Shown here: positions 28,386-40,815 of the stretch, in pieces
Layout: every line of letters starts with the position of its first letter
Numbering within the stretch: position 1 is the stretch's first letter
Origin: the human T2T-CHM13v2.0 reference genome, Homo sapiens
Direction: 5' to 3' (one strand)
Length of the DNA: 64,000 bases
Assembly: GCF_009914755.1 (NCBI RefSeq)
Contig: NC_060935.1
Notes under the pieces: generated by a model
Seen by the model: only the letters and a program-made list of their open reading frames with translations
The model's database searches: none
What the model was told of the DNA's origin: nothing
Position numbers and translations under genes: made by a program

Positions 28386-31300
28386 AGAACCAGTAACTGC
28401 CTGGGAGGTTCCTGATGGGAATATTCTGCCTATGCAGGTGCTTTGCTTCCCCGGTTAGATTAGAAAACAGTCTGCACTGTGGCCCCTGTTCCTTGCCTCC
28501 TCTCTTCCAACTTGTTGACTGAGACAGCAAATGATGCTTAATAAGCAGCATGGTTCTGAACAAAGGCTCTGGAAGGCCTAGAGTGAAATGCTTAATAGGC
28601 CCACAGCCCCTACCCTCCAAGTTATAGAATGAAGTGGAGCCCACTCCATCAAGGCTTCTATCCTACCACCGACCACTCATTGAGATGTCACTTGGCATCA
28701 GGTGTCTTTTGACTTGCTCAGCCTGCAATGTTTAGAGTGCCATTATCAGCCCAAGACCAAACTGGGTAACCTTGGACTCCTTCCTGAATGTTTCTTAAGC
28801 TGTCCAACTTTGCATTTCAGCTGTGAATACCTTATTGCCTCTTCACTGAGCAAAAATGAACAGTTTTTAAATCCCATAATTATGTCTTTAGCTGAATAAT
28901 CAGGAAAGCTAATAATCCTCTTTAATTCCTCCCATGTAACTTTCAGTAGCTCAAGGGTATAAAGACTTTAATGTTTGCCTGTCTTTATCTCCAGAAAGCT
29001 GGATTCTGCATTCGGATATGATATACCACAAAATTCAGAGAATACTGAAAGCTCCTACTGGCTCTTTCAATTTAAAATACTTACTGCTGGAGGAGTAGAG
29101 ATAGAGAATTGGGAAGTAAAGCCCCAGTTCTTAGGGAGTTTGCCATCTAGAAGGAATGTCCTACTTTCTTCATCTTCATGTCCTTACTACTTCTCACATC
29201 TTATCTCACAGGGATCCCAGTCCAACCTTATGAGCCTCTTTCTTGATCTGTCAGTACAGCTAATAATATAAAACAGTAATAACAAATAATAGCTAATATT
29301 ACTAGTGCTTGTTATATGCCAGATTCAAGTCTCTTTCCTTTAAGAGAGAAAGAAAAGGCAAAAAAAAGCCCTCCACTGTCCCCTATCAAAGGGATATTCC
29401 TTCCTAAGCGCCACTCTCTATCTCCTTCTTTTGAAGGCAACACTGATAGAGCAATCTCCAGGGCAAAACTGGATCCCCAAGCTCTCAACAGAATTTGTTC
29501 TTGTTAATGTCACTACTGCCTTCCTAACTACCAAGTCCAATGAGCACTTTTCTGTCCTTTCTCACTTTTGTAGATGACCAAGAAACTCTCTACACCCTTT
29601 CTCTTAATTCCCTTGATATTTCTTTTCTTTGGTTTTCTCCTCTTCTTGTTCTTTCTCAATCCTTCTGTGTTATGGCTATGAGCAATTCACACAAACTGGG
29701 TGTCTGTTTCTTTATCTATAAAACAGAAATCATGCTGTCAACCTTAAGGAATTCTTGTGAAAAACAATGGAGTCCATTTATGTAAAACTATACTATCAAC
29801 TTCACCATGTTATATCAATGGTTGTTTTGTTGCTATTAAGTGTAAAGTAATAAAATGTTACCTATCAGAATTTCAAAATGATCTCTTTTGATGGTTATTG
29901 AAGAATATTTTGTAAAGCATCTTAGTTATGTTTTTAAATGGATGCTTATGTTCTTAAATATATTTTCTTCTTTTAAGTGGTTGAAATACCCCCATATATA
30001 TCTGTGTACACTATTGATTAGCCAGTTTTTGTTTTCTAATTAAATCAAAGTTAGATTTCAACTCAGCTCTTGTATGATTCATCCACACATCCTAAGATTT
30101 TCATAAATATGTGACTTTGGAAGAAAAAAATATCTGCTCTCAAGAGATTTGGGAATCTAATTACAAGCTTACAATAAATGCATTGTTTTAGTGTTTGTTT
30201 GAAAATCAAGTTGTGAATAAATTATATGGTCAATTATTTCAAATGCCCATCCCCAGAACATAATAAGAATATCTCACATTAATTTGGTGATTATTGTTAT
30301 TTCTCATGACCTTTCCCATACAACATCTTATTTGAGGTAAACAGCCATTCTGGGAGTTAGGAGTTCTGTTGCAAAAGTCTTGGTAATTTTGTGTAGCTCC
30401 TTGGTGAATTGTCGTGCCTGACCAACCCCATATCCTGCCATTGTCCCCAGTCCCAAGTTGACTCACAAATTCCCCACTGTTCCCACCACCTTGTTCTGGC
30501 CTTTCTTCCAGCTCTCACCTAATTGAATGGCTACTGTTTTCTTTTGTTTCCCTAACAGTTCCATGGGCATCTCAATGGCAGGGGCCATGTCTTTCATCCA
30601 TCACTGCGTCTTACTTGAATGTGGTAGGCACTCAATAAATATATTACACATTTAAACAGATGGAAGAGTGGAAGAAGACCTCAAGGCACAGAAAGTTTAA
30701 CACTGTTAGAAAACATAGATCATTTGTTGACTTCCCCAACATATCCCTCTTGGCACCTTGTTTTTATTTGTTTAATGGTCTTCCCTAAGAGACCATAAAC
30801 TTTATAAGGGGAGGTAGCCTGTCCATCTGGCATAGTCAAAGGCAGAACCTAGTATATACTCAGCAATATTTGTCACATAAATGACTTGATGATTCTCTCT
30901 TTCTATCTTGTCTTTTAGCTCAATGACCAAGGAGAATTTATGTCTAACCAAATTTTTCTTCTGAGCATGGAGGGTGAGCACAGAGGAGGGGGGCAAGGGT
31001 TACAGGGAGCTTTACCTTCCAGAATTCTCCTATCTGACGAATATTAGATAGCTCAGCACTGGCTGGCTCTTTCCTAGATTACCAGATCTCCATTAAGAAA
31101 TACATTTTCCAGAAAGAAAGAGAGAGGAAGAGAAGAGGGAGGAGACTGTGATGGTTGTGTGTGTGAAAGGATGCGCTCTGCGTATGAATCCTGAAGGGGA
31201 TTCCATGTTAGTAAACAAAGCCCTCTTGTCAAAGCCTCTCTCCACTAATACACCCTATCTGCTGGAGGCAGATGGAAACGAGTCACGCCAGGACCCATGA

Positions 31301-34282
31301 CATAAATATTCATTATGCACACGGTGACTGCAGTGCTGTGTGCATACTGAGTGATTTCTCACCTGTCTGGGGAAGAAATGGATGGAGAACTGGATCTCCC
31401 CTTGACTATCATCCACATAGGACCTGGCTTCTTACAGATGGAAGACAAAACACAAATTTTATTCATCTAATTTGGAATTGTGCCAAGAAAGCCTGGAGAC
31501 AGTGGGATGTCTGGGCAGATGAATCTATAGCAGGAAGTGGTTGATTTCAGCCTTTTAGGAACAGCCAGAGTAATAGGGGATAGTAATTGAATCACTTTCC
31601 ACATGGAGTTGAATGTGTTCTTCTTACTATTTACAAGCTGTTTGCCAGCCTCTGGGGCATTATTAGGGGATAAGCCACATTAACACAGCAGAACTTGACT
31701 CTGCCTTCACAGGGAAACAGCTGGCAGAGCTGGCACCGGCTCCCAGCAGCTCTTGACTTTCTCTGCTCAGCTTGCAAGTGCCAAGAGCTTGTGTGTTGCT
31801 GGGCCAGGTGCCCAGCGGGTCCTATGGAGACTCATCTTCCTGTGCTGGAGAGAAGTGATTCTCTTCACAGAACCAACCCTATGAGTGTGCAGGGGGAAGT
31901 GATGGCAGAGCTCTGAAAGAAAAGAAAGGAGCTCATGTAGGAATAGTCACCAAGAAAGGAACTCGGGAACTCGCCCAAATTCATTCAACCATAAAGTGGC
32001 AGGACTCAGATTATCCCAGATTTCTCTGACTTCAGCACAACCCTCCAGATTTCAAAAGGACACATAAAATTCTCAGGAGACAAGGGTTCCTGATTCAGCT
32101 GAAGACAAGCAATGTGAGAGAGGGAATCCCTCATGTTCTTGGAACCAAGTGAGGTCTGTGTAGATGAGTCAGAGATGGAGATCCAGCAGTGGAGACAGCC
32201 AGCGGGCTGAGAATTAAATTAAAAGGCACAAAACCCCTCCACATCCCAAGCAGGTCCTTGTTGCACATTTTTTGCCTTGCTGTACCAACCAGAAAGGAAA
32301 TGAGGTCATTTTTAACCCATGAAGTAAATAAATCTGTGAATAGTAGAGTAGGTAGGAATCCAGCAGTTCAGTTGAGTCATGATTCTCCTTTGCCATCCAA
32401 CTTGCTGGACAATCTTGAGACAGGGAAACTCACTACCTCACAAGCGCTCTAATTGTCCAGACAATCTCCTTTCTATTCAGTTACATCCTGTCTCCCTGGT
32501 TTCCTAACCTAGCTGTGGACACAGTAGTATTATAGTTAGGTCTTGAGAACTCCCAGGACTCCAGTAGACTTGTGTGGGTTCTCAGTGGGGTTGACCCCAT
32601 TCCTCTGAGGTCAAAATAGGCCCTTCATGAAGGCTTCCTGAGGGTCTTTCAAGTTCCCATCCCCATTCGGACCATGCTATGGGGAATCTTCTTTGAGATG
32701 GGGTGAATGTGGGAAGGCTGGAGGCAGTCCTTTTCCTACCCTTGTGGGTGAATAAGTCCAGGTGTGCCATCTACTTCACTTGAAGGGCTGACTCAGGTGA
32801 AATCCCAGCTGGGCGGCTCTCAGCCTCCCTTTTTCTGTACCCCGTGGAATCCACACAGAGCCTGGCCTCTCCAATTGCTGTGCTTTGGGGGCTCTTTCCA
32901 CCTGCCTGACCCTCTAGACCCCCAAAGCCACCACAGCCTCTGTGGCAATGGGACAGACACATGGTGGCTGTGGAGTTTCCATGTCTGTGTCTTTGCTGAC
33001 TTGGGAGTTCCTCCTGCACACCATCCCAGCCGCCCTCTGCATTCCGCCACCCTAAGGCTGGAGGCTTCACCATGTGGCAAGAGACCAGAAAATTTAAAAT
33101 ACCATGCCCAGTGCACATTGCATCACTCAGGGACCCTGCTGGAGGGAGAGTCTGTTATCTTTTGAGCATACAGTAGTTATTCAAAAAGTACAACACTTGG
33201 TGAATGAGAAGATTGGCATTAGTGATGGAACTGCTCACACTATGAGCTTTGTATTGCCCAAACGTTTAGGTTCTTGGTGCTCTATTCGTGAGTCAGTGTT
33301 GGTTTTAGAACGCAAACACTTGAGGAGCAGAGATTGTGTTCTTTTAGAGTAAGCCCTGCCTCTGCCCTGGGACTCCAGCTTAGAACATGCCTGAAGCATA
33401 TTAATTGATGGGTGTATCATTTCCTGAGGCTCTCTCTGGTTGACCAAGCTTGGTGATGTTGGATAAGGCTCCATTCAAAGGATAAATGCCTAGATAGTCC
33501 AGGAAGGCCACCATGGTGCAGGCAAAGCAGGGAGGCCCCCCAGAGGCTGTGAGCTTAGGAGTGCTGACAGCCCTTTCTCACCCCACAGGGCTGGGGCTCT
33601 GTGCCGCTACTGCAAGTGTCTGTCAACATGGCCACAAGGCTGGGAGTACTGGACCCAGACAGGGCACAAATGGGAATACCAGAAACACATGGTTCCCACT
33701 CTCAACACCTTTCTTCTAGTCCAGCTGCAAAATGCAATTCACATTTACAAAACCCATGTAAAGACACTTAGAAAGTAGCCTGTTAACCAGTGGGGAGAAA
33801 ATGCAAAAGGAGACAACCAGAGAGATGTGCGAGGAGGTGAGGGAATGTGAGGGAGCGATGATAGTGATGAGAAATCCACACTCCTGACTTTCAGACTCTC
33901 CTCCTCCGAAATCTTTGCTGGAGCTTAAATGGTGCAAAGCCCGTGAGCATCTGTGCCTATCATGGAAACAGTTAGCATGTGTCAGCACCTGTTAAATCCC
34001 TGAGCACTTTGTATCATTAATTCTTACAGCTATACTATGAGGTAGGTATCACTGCCCCTAGTTCACAAATGAGGAAAATGGGGCTCTGAGAGCCTAAACA
34101 GCTTGCCTCAGTCATATAGCTAGTGAGTGGCAGAAATGCAATCTGAGTCTTCAGTTCTGTGCCTCTAAGAGCCACTTGGTTTCCACTCACATTGCCAAAA
34201 GTAACTTCGTGGAGGGTAGGATGTTCTACAGAATCTAAGTCGTGGGGTCTCGTGCTGACTGTTGCTCTGTTTGCTGCTTCAG

Positions 34283-35148
34283 GTAATTTGTTCTTGGTGA
34301 GTCTGGCATTGGCTGACCTGGTGGTGGCCTTCTACCCCTACCCGCTAATCCTCGTGGCCATCTTCTATGACGGCTGGGCCCTGGGGGAGGAGCACTGCAA
34401 GGCCAGCGCCTTTGTGATGGGCCTGAGCGTCATCGGCTCTGTCTTCAATATCACTGCCATCGCCATTAACCGCTACTGCTACATCTGCCACAGCATGGCC
34501 TACCACCGAATCTACCGGCGCTGGCACACCCCTCTGCACATCTGCCTCATCTGGCTCCTCACCGTGGTGGCCTTGCTGCCCAACTTCTTTGTGGGGTCCC
34601 TGGAGTACGACCCACGCATCTATTCCTGCACCTTCATCCAGACCGCCAGCACCCAGTACACGGCGGCAGTGGTGGTCATCCACTTCCTCCTCCCTATCGC
34701 TGTCGTGTCCTTCTGCTACCTGCGCATCTGGGTGCTGGTGCTTCAGGCCCGCAGGAAAGCCAAGCCAGAGAGCAGGCTGTGCCTGAAGCCCAGCGACTTG
34801 CGGAGCTTTCTAACCATGTTTGTGGTGTTTGTGATCTTTGCCATCTGCTGGGCTCCACTTAACTGCATCGGCCTCGCTGTGGCCATCAACCCCCAAGAAA
34901 TGGCTCCCCAGATCCCTGAGGGGCTATTTGTCACTAGCTACTTACTGGCTTATTTCAACAGCTGCCTGAATGCCATTGTCTATGGGCTCTTGAACCAAAA
35001 CTTCCGCAGGGAATACAAGAGGATCCTCTTGGCCCTTTGGAACCCACGGCACTGCATTCAAGATGCTTCCAAGGGCAGCCACGCGGAGGGGCTGCAGAGC
35101 CCAGCTCCACCCATCATTGGTGTGCAGCACCAGGCAGATGCTCTCTAG
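34283..35148 (+). CDS. MTNR1B: Melatonin receptor 1B (MT2), coding exon 2 (to aa 362)
   Basis: Acceptor TTCAG|GT at 34282/34283; 223+866=1089 nt = 362 aa plus TAG; melatonin-receptor signatures NRY, CWAP and NAIVY. Confidence 0.98.
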
Positions 35149-35649
35149 CCTGGATCTGAGGCACACCAGCAGCATGACAAACTCATGAAATGGTGGGAGA
35201 GAGTCTGCTGCAAGGGTGAGACCAGGCAGCCTGCTGGGCCACACTGTCCTGTTGGCATCACAGCCCCAAGGCTGGGGGAACTTCATGCTGGGACAAGCAG
35301 CCCATCAACGCCATGGGTTCAGGCTGATCCAGGAGATGCTCACAGGCCACAGGACCTGGAAAACACTCTTGGTGGTGTCTTGGGGATTTGGTGCACACAA
35401 GACCAAGGAAAGGACAGAATGAGGAAAGGCCTGGGGCAGAAGAGCCCAACTCCTTCTCATAGCTGACCCTCATCCTCCTGCCTTGGCCTCCTGGCTGCTT
35501 TCTCCCCTTCCCCCCAGCATGGCAGGATCTCTTCCTGTTAGCAAGGATGAAAGAGAGAGGTCAGTAGGACTGGAACTTGGTAACTACAAGGGCCTCAGGT
35601 GGGGCAGGTGCAGAGGGCAAGCATTCCACACTCCGCCATTGACCTTCCC

Positions 35650-35810
35650 TACACACACACAATCACAACCACACATGCATCACACCACAGACACACCACA
35701 CTATGCACACATACACTGTGTACACATACATATGTTACACACACATAGCCACCACATCACAAACACACTGCACCCCCCCCCCCCCCACACACACACACAC
35801 ACAGTCACAC
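35650..35810. repeat. CA-rich low-complexity tract with poly-C run and (CA)n
   Basis: Seen directly ~500 nt after the stop codon. Confidence 0.9.
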
Positions 35811-36114
35811 TGCTCCAGCATCTGGAGCACAAAGTCCGCTTGGCCTCCTTTTCTGGTTCCATCATGTTCAGGTTGTGTGACTTGGGGAAAGTCTCCTAAC
35901 CTCCCTGTTCCTCAGTTTACTCATCTTAAAGTGAAGATCATGCCGTAGTCAGCCTCCCAGGTTGTTGTGAGGATTCTCTGGGATAACACATCTGCAGAGC
36001 TGAGGACAGTGCCTGACATGTGGCTAGCAGGCAGTAATCATTAGCTTTTGTTATTATTATAACTACATAAAATGAAGGAGAAAAGTCATATACAAAGAAA
36101 GGAAGGGCTATCAC

Positions 36115-36385
36115 CGGATGCGGTGCCTCACCCCTGCCTCAGCTTGAACCCAGGAGTTCAAGACCAGCCTAAGCAACATGGCAAAACCCTGTCTCTACAA
36201 AAATTAGCTGGGCATGGTGGCCCATTCCTGTGGTCCTAACTACTCAGGAGGCTGAGGTGGGAGGATCACTTCAGCTCAGCAGGTTGAGGGTACAGTGAGC
36301 TGAGATTGTGCCACTGTACCCCAGACTGGGTGACAAAGTGAGAGCAAGACCCTGTCTCAGAAAAAAAAAAAAAAAGAAGAAGAAG
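36115..36385 (+). mobile_element. Alu (AluJ-like, left arm partly deleted)
   Basis: Alu motifs and poly-A tail. Confidence 0.85.
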
Positions 36386-38439
36386 TAGAAGGACAGGAAG
36401 GGAAGGGGAGAAAATGGGGTAGGGGACATGGAAGTGGGGAAAGGGCAGCTGCACCCCAATTCATTTCTATGGTTATGTATTTGTGGACTTTATATTCGTA
36501 GAAATCTCAGATCTTTGTTTAGCGCCAACAGAATTAATAGCTTTCTTCAGTTCCACAAACACTGAGTGCCCTCTGTGGGCCAGGACTGGTTTGTTGCCTG
36601 CCCTCTGCAAGGTCACAGTCTGTTGATAAATTAGTATCAAGTAATATCCATTGGTGCTTTCTATGTACCAGGCATTGTGGTAAGGGCTTGATATGCATTA
36701 TGTCATTTAATCCCCACAAAACTCTTGGAAAAAGATACTATGATCAATTTTCATAGTAAGAAACTGAAACTCAAAAATGTGGAATGATTGCCAGAATTCA
36801 GATAGCTATGTTCAGAGCTAGATGTGGAGCTCAAGTCTGTCTGATGACAGCACCCTACTTCTATCCCCCATCATCCCACCTCGGAATATGTGGCAGGGAC
36901 AAAGTGCAGTGGGCTAAGTACTGCATGTCCACAATGTGCCTGGGGTCCTCAGCCACCCAGCGGCTTTCCTGAATGAAGAACCCAGGATTTTCTTGGTGTG
37001 CTGACCTCTTAGCATTATGCTGGATCCTCTTTCTGGCCTTGCAATGTGAGGAATCTAGGCTGGGTGCTGTGCTTAGTCACCTAGCCACCTGGGAGCTTGC
37101 TTAAAAATGCAAATCTTCTGGGCTCTGACAACAAGGTTTTGTGGGGCAAGTCTAGGAATCTGATTCCAATACTTGAGGTCCTTGACCTAACTGTTGGGAA
37201 TGAAGATGTCTTAGTCCTGATGATGGCAATGGTAGTGTGCTCCACCCAGGGAGACCTCTCAGTCCACACCTCAGTCCCAGAGAGGTGCAGAAGAGTCCTA
37301 AGGATTCTCTTTGAGCTTCAGCCACTTTTCCTGGCTCTGGGCAAAGTTTGCAGCGACCTGGTCAGGCATGTATTGTTTTCTGTTCTTGCTGCTTCCCCTC
37401 CCCCTAGACACAAACTACAGAGATTTGCCCTTTATTCCTAATTTGGAGGAGAAGGAGGCATCAATTTCTTGGCAACAGCATGTCCACACTTCCTCTCCTT
37501 ATCCCTATCTTTCAGTGCTGAGTTGAATGCATGGCACGTGCTCAGTAAATATGGATTGAAGGCTGTCTTCAGTTTCCTGGGCCCATAGCTGTTACCTGGT
37601 TTGCCAGGGTTCGGCACTGACAATCCACTAATTGGAATTTTTTCTTGGATCCATAGGTTTTTGGTGATAAACCAGGAGCTGAGAGAATCAAAAAGAATGG
37701 TAAAGCCCAGGCCCAGGACATCAAGCAATGTACATATTTGGAATGACCTCATGCTGTGGGCCCTGATTGTAAATAAAAATGCTTTTGCGGAAACAGCAAA
37801 ATTTGGGGAACCCTGTCTTCCACCTCCTTGACTGAAAAGTCTGGTCGGAGGTGCCACCTGGCTACTTCCTCCTCATCCTTCTAGGACCTTCCTCTGGACC
37901 CCTCAGTTCTGAGCCCTCCATGAAACCCTCAGCCATCAAGGGGACTCGAATCGGGTCCAGATTTCTGCCTGGGTTGACATCTGGGGTGAACCAACACCTG
38001 GACTCACACATCAGCCACACTGGATCAAGCCCAAAGACAACGCAGACACACACACTATTTGTGCCGTCCTCTATCATCTTTTTACCATCCACTCATTTCT
38101 TCCCAGTCCCCTTTGTCCACTTCTGAAATGCTGTACTTGTTTGTGAAACTTCTTCTAGGGTCACTTTTTGCTCCATATGAGTGGCTTTCCCCTAGGGATA
38201 TATATCAAGATAAGATTTTAGAGAATAAACACTACAGAATCACAGCCTATGAGGGCCGGGGTTGCGAACCCCATGTACTTTGAAAATGCTCCTCAGGTGC
38301 TTCTCATCTGTAGACCTGGTTGAGGACCCTGCTCTGTGAATGCTTCTCGGATGCTCACCTTCATCCCCATGGTGACAACGGCTGTCTCTACCTGTGGATC
38401 TCCAACTGCCTGCCACACATCTCCACCTAGCATGGACTA

Positions 38440-38690
38440 AGTGCTCACTATATGCCAGGCACTGTTCTAAGGACTTTATGTGGATTAATTATCATATTTA
38501 AGCCCCAAAACAATCCTGAGAGGGAGGTACTATTATTTTCTTCAATTTATAGATGAGGAAATTGAGGCACAGGGAAGTTATGTACTTTGCTGAAGGTCAC
38601 ATAGCTAGTAAGTTGTTAAACCAGGTTCTGAAACCAGATAATTTGACTATAGAGCCTGTATCCTTAGCCACTGGCTATATTACCTCCTTC
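38440..38690 (-). mobile_element. MIR (other MIR fragments at ~8670, 16510, 17890, 33985, 35870, 36660, 62210)
   Basis: Core motif ...TTTATAGATGAGGAAATTGAGGCACAG. Confidence 0.7.
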
Positions 38691-39014
38691 AAACTCACAT
38701 ATTCACAAACGGGATTTCTGGGTCCTATGGTAGTTCCATTTTTAGTATTTTGAGGACCTTCCATACTGTTTTCCATAATGGCTGCAGTGTTTACATGCCC
38801 ACCAATAGAGCGCAAGTGTTCCAATTTCTCCACATCCTAGCCAACGCTTGTTATAGGATTTGTTTTTGTAATGGCCATTGTAACAGGTATGCAGTGATAT
38901 CTCATTGTGGTTTTGATTTGCATTTCCCTGGTGATTATTGACGTTGAATGTCTTTTCATATACCTGTTGTCTATATGTATGTCTTCTTTGGAGAAATGTT
39001 TATTTACATCTCCT

Positions 39015-40029
39015 ATAGATTGAATGTTTTTGTCTCCCTAAAATTCATATGTTGAAACCTGTATTAGTCAGGGTTCTCTAGAGCGACAGAGCTAAGGAAA
39101 ATATATATAGTTATAGGTCTAGAAGCAAACAGAGGTGCTGGGGGTGGCTCCTGAGGAGAATCAACATTATCTTGCCTGGCAACTGCCTCAGGAGAGGCCA
39201 TCACTGTTGCCTTAGGCAGCACAGGGTTTATTTCCTCAGACAAAGGTGGAAGGGCTGATAGCAGCATGGGTTGGGGAGGGGATGTTGCCACTACTGGGGA
39301 TGTGGAAGGGGAAGCTGTTTCTTCTGGCAAAAAAGGTTCATCAGAGTTTACAAACTCCGTGTCCCGAGCTTCATCAGGGTCATCCCACACATCCCCATGC
39401 CAAGTTGCAGGGTCCTATTCTTTTCTAAGCAATACCCTCACTTTAACAGTAGACACCTGGCGAGGCTGTGCATGCACCTTTGATTGCATGTCAGCCACTT
39501 GCATGATAAGAACTCGTGTCTATTTTTCCACAATTTCAACTCTTCCTCTACAGGAGATAAGACTGTCACTCTGGGCAATCTTAGCAGATTTGAGATTCAG
39601 TATCTGCTTCTGAAGCTGGGAGATAGAATTGCTGAGTTCATCATTTTCTTTCATCACTTTGTCCATGGAACTTAGCAGCAACCAACCAGCTTCATTATGT
39701 TCCTTGGTTCTCCACATATGGTCAAAGGTATTATGTATAGAGTCACTAAACTTCTTGCCTCTCATGAGTAATGAATCAGGCGTGTCAAATGCATTTATTT
39801 TGCATAACTCTCTAAACAATTCACACCAAGGACTATCAGTGTTCTCCATACTATTAGAAGTAGAGTCCTTAGCATTTTGAAGTCCTAATCATAGTAAACA
39901 GCCAACTGCAAAAACCCTAAAACCAATTAAAGAACTCCATCCTTAATATTCTGTTCCTCTAGAACGACTCTTGGTACCAAAATCTGTATTAGTCAGGGTT
40001 CTCTAGAGGGACAGAACTAATGGAATATG

Positions 40030-40060
<31 letters not shown>

Positions 40061-40815
40061 ATGTGTGTGTGTGTGTGTGTGTTTATTAAGTATTAACTCA
40101 CATGAATTGACAAGGTCCCACATGATGTCACATGATGACAAGGTCCCACAATAGGCCATCTGCAGGCTAAGGAGCAAGGAGAGCCAGTCCAAGTTCCAAA
40201 ACTGAAGAACTTGGAGTCTGATGTTCAAGGGCAGGAAGCATTCAGCATAGGAGAAAGATGTAGCCTGGGAGGCTAGGCCAGTCTCTCTTTTTACATTTTT
40301 CTGCCTGCTTATATTCTGGCCAGGTGGGCAGCTTATTAGATTATGCCCACCCAGATTAAGGGAGGGTCTGCCTTTCCTGGCCCACTGACTCAAATGTTAA
40401 TCTCCTTTGGCAACACACCCGCACAGACACACTCAGGATCAATACTTTGTATCCTTCAATTCAATCAAGTTGACATTCTATATTAACCATCATAAACCTT
40501 AATCCCCAATGTGATGGTGTTTAGAAATGGGAACTTTGGGAGGAGATTGGATCATAAGGATACAGTCCTCATGAATGGGATTAGTGCTTTAATAAAAGGG
40601 GCCCTGCAGAGCTCACTGTCCCTTTCACCATGTGAGATTACAATGAGAAGATTGCCATTTATGAACCAGGAAGTGTGCCCTTACCAGACATCTAATCTGC
40701 TGGCGCCTTGATCTTGAACTTCCCAGGCTTGAGGATATGAAAAATAAAATTTTGTTGTTTAAAAGCCACTCAGTCTAAGGTATTTTGTTATATCAGCCAA
40801 AATGAACTAAGACAA
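39015..40815 (+). mobile_element. MLT1A-like MaLR LTR split by the HERV-L insertion
   Basis: ...AAATTCATATGTTGAAACC (39059) resumes as AACCTTAATCCCCAATGTGATGG (40495) and ends ACTAAGACA. Confidence 0.75.
39060..40494 (-). mobile_element. Internally deleted HERV-L: 5' LTR MLT2A (40494-39985), gag fragment, last ~50 bp of 3' LTR
   Basis: TGTATTAGTCAGGGTTCTCTAGAG occurs at both 39060 and 39985; internal start GATTTTGGTACC; gag-like MENTDSPWCELFRELCK...; (A)AACC flanks. Confidence 0.85.

Noticed and set aside
34159-34282. N-terminal extension of the 329-aa ORF as a single-exon receptor
   Set aside because: Starts at GTG in intronic/MIR-adjacent sequence; the real frame begins at the acceptor 34283.
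39064-39849. HERV-L gag ORFs as a domesticated Fv1-like gene
   Set aside because: Broken into ~108-aa pieces and truncated by the internal deletion.
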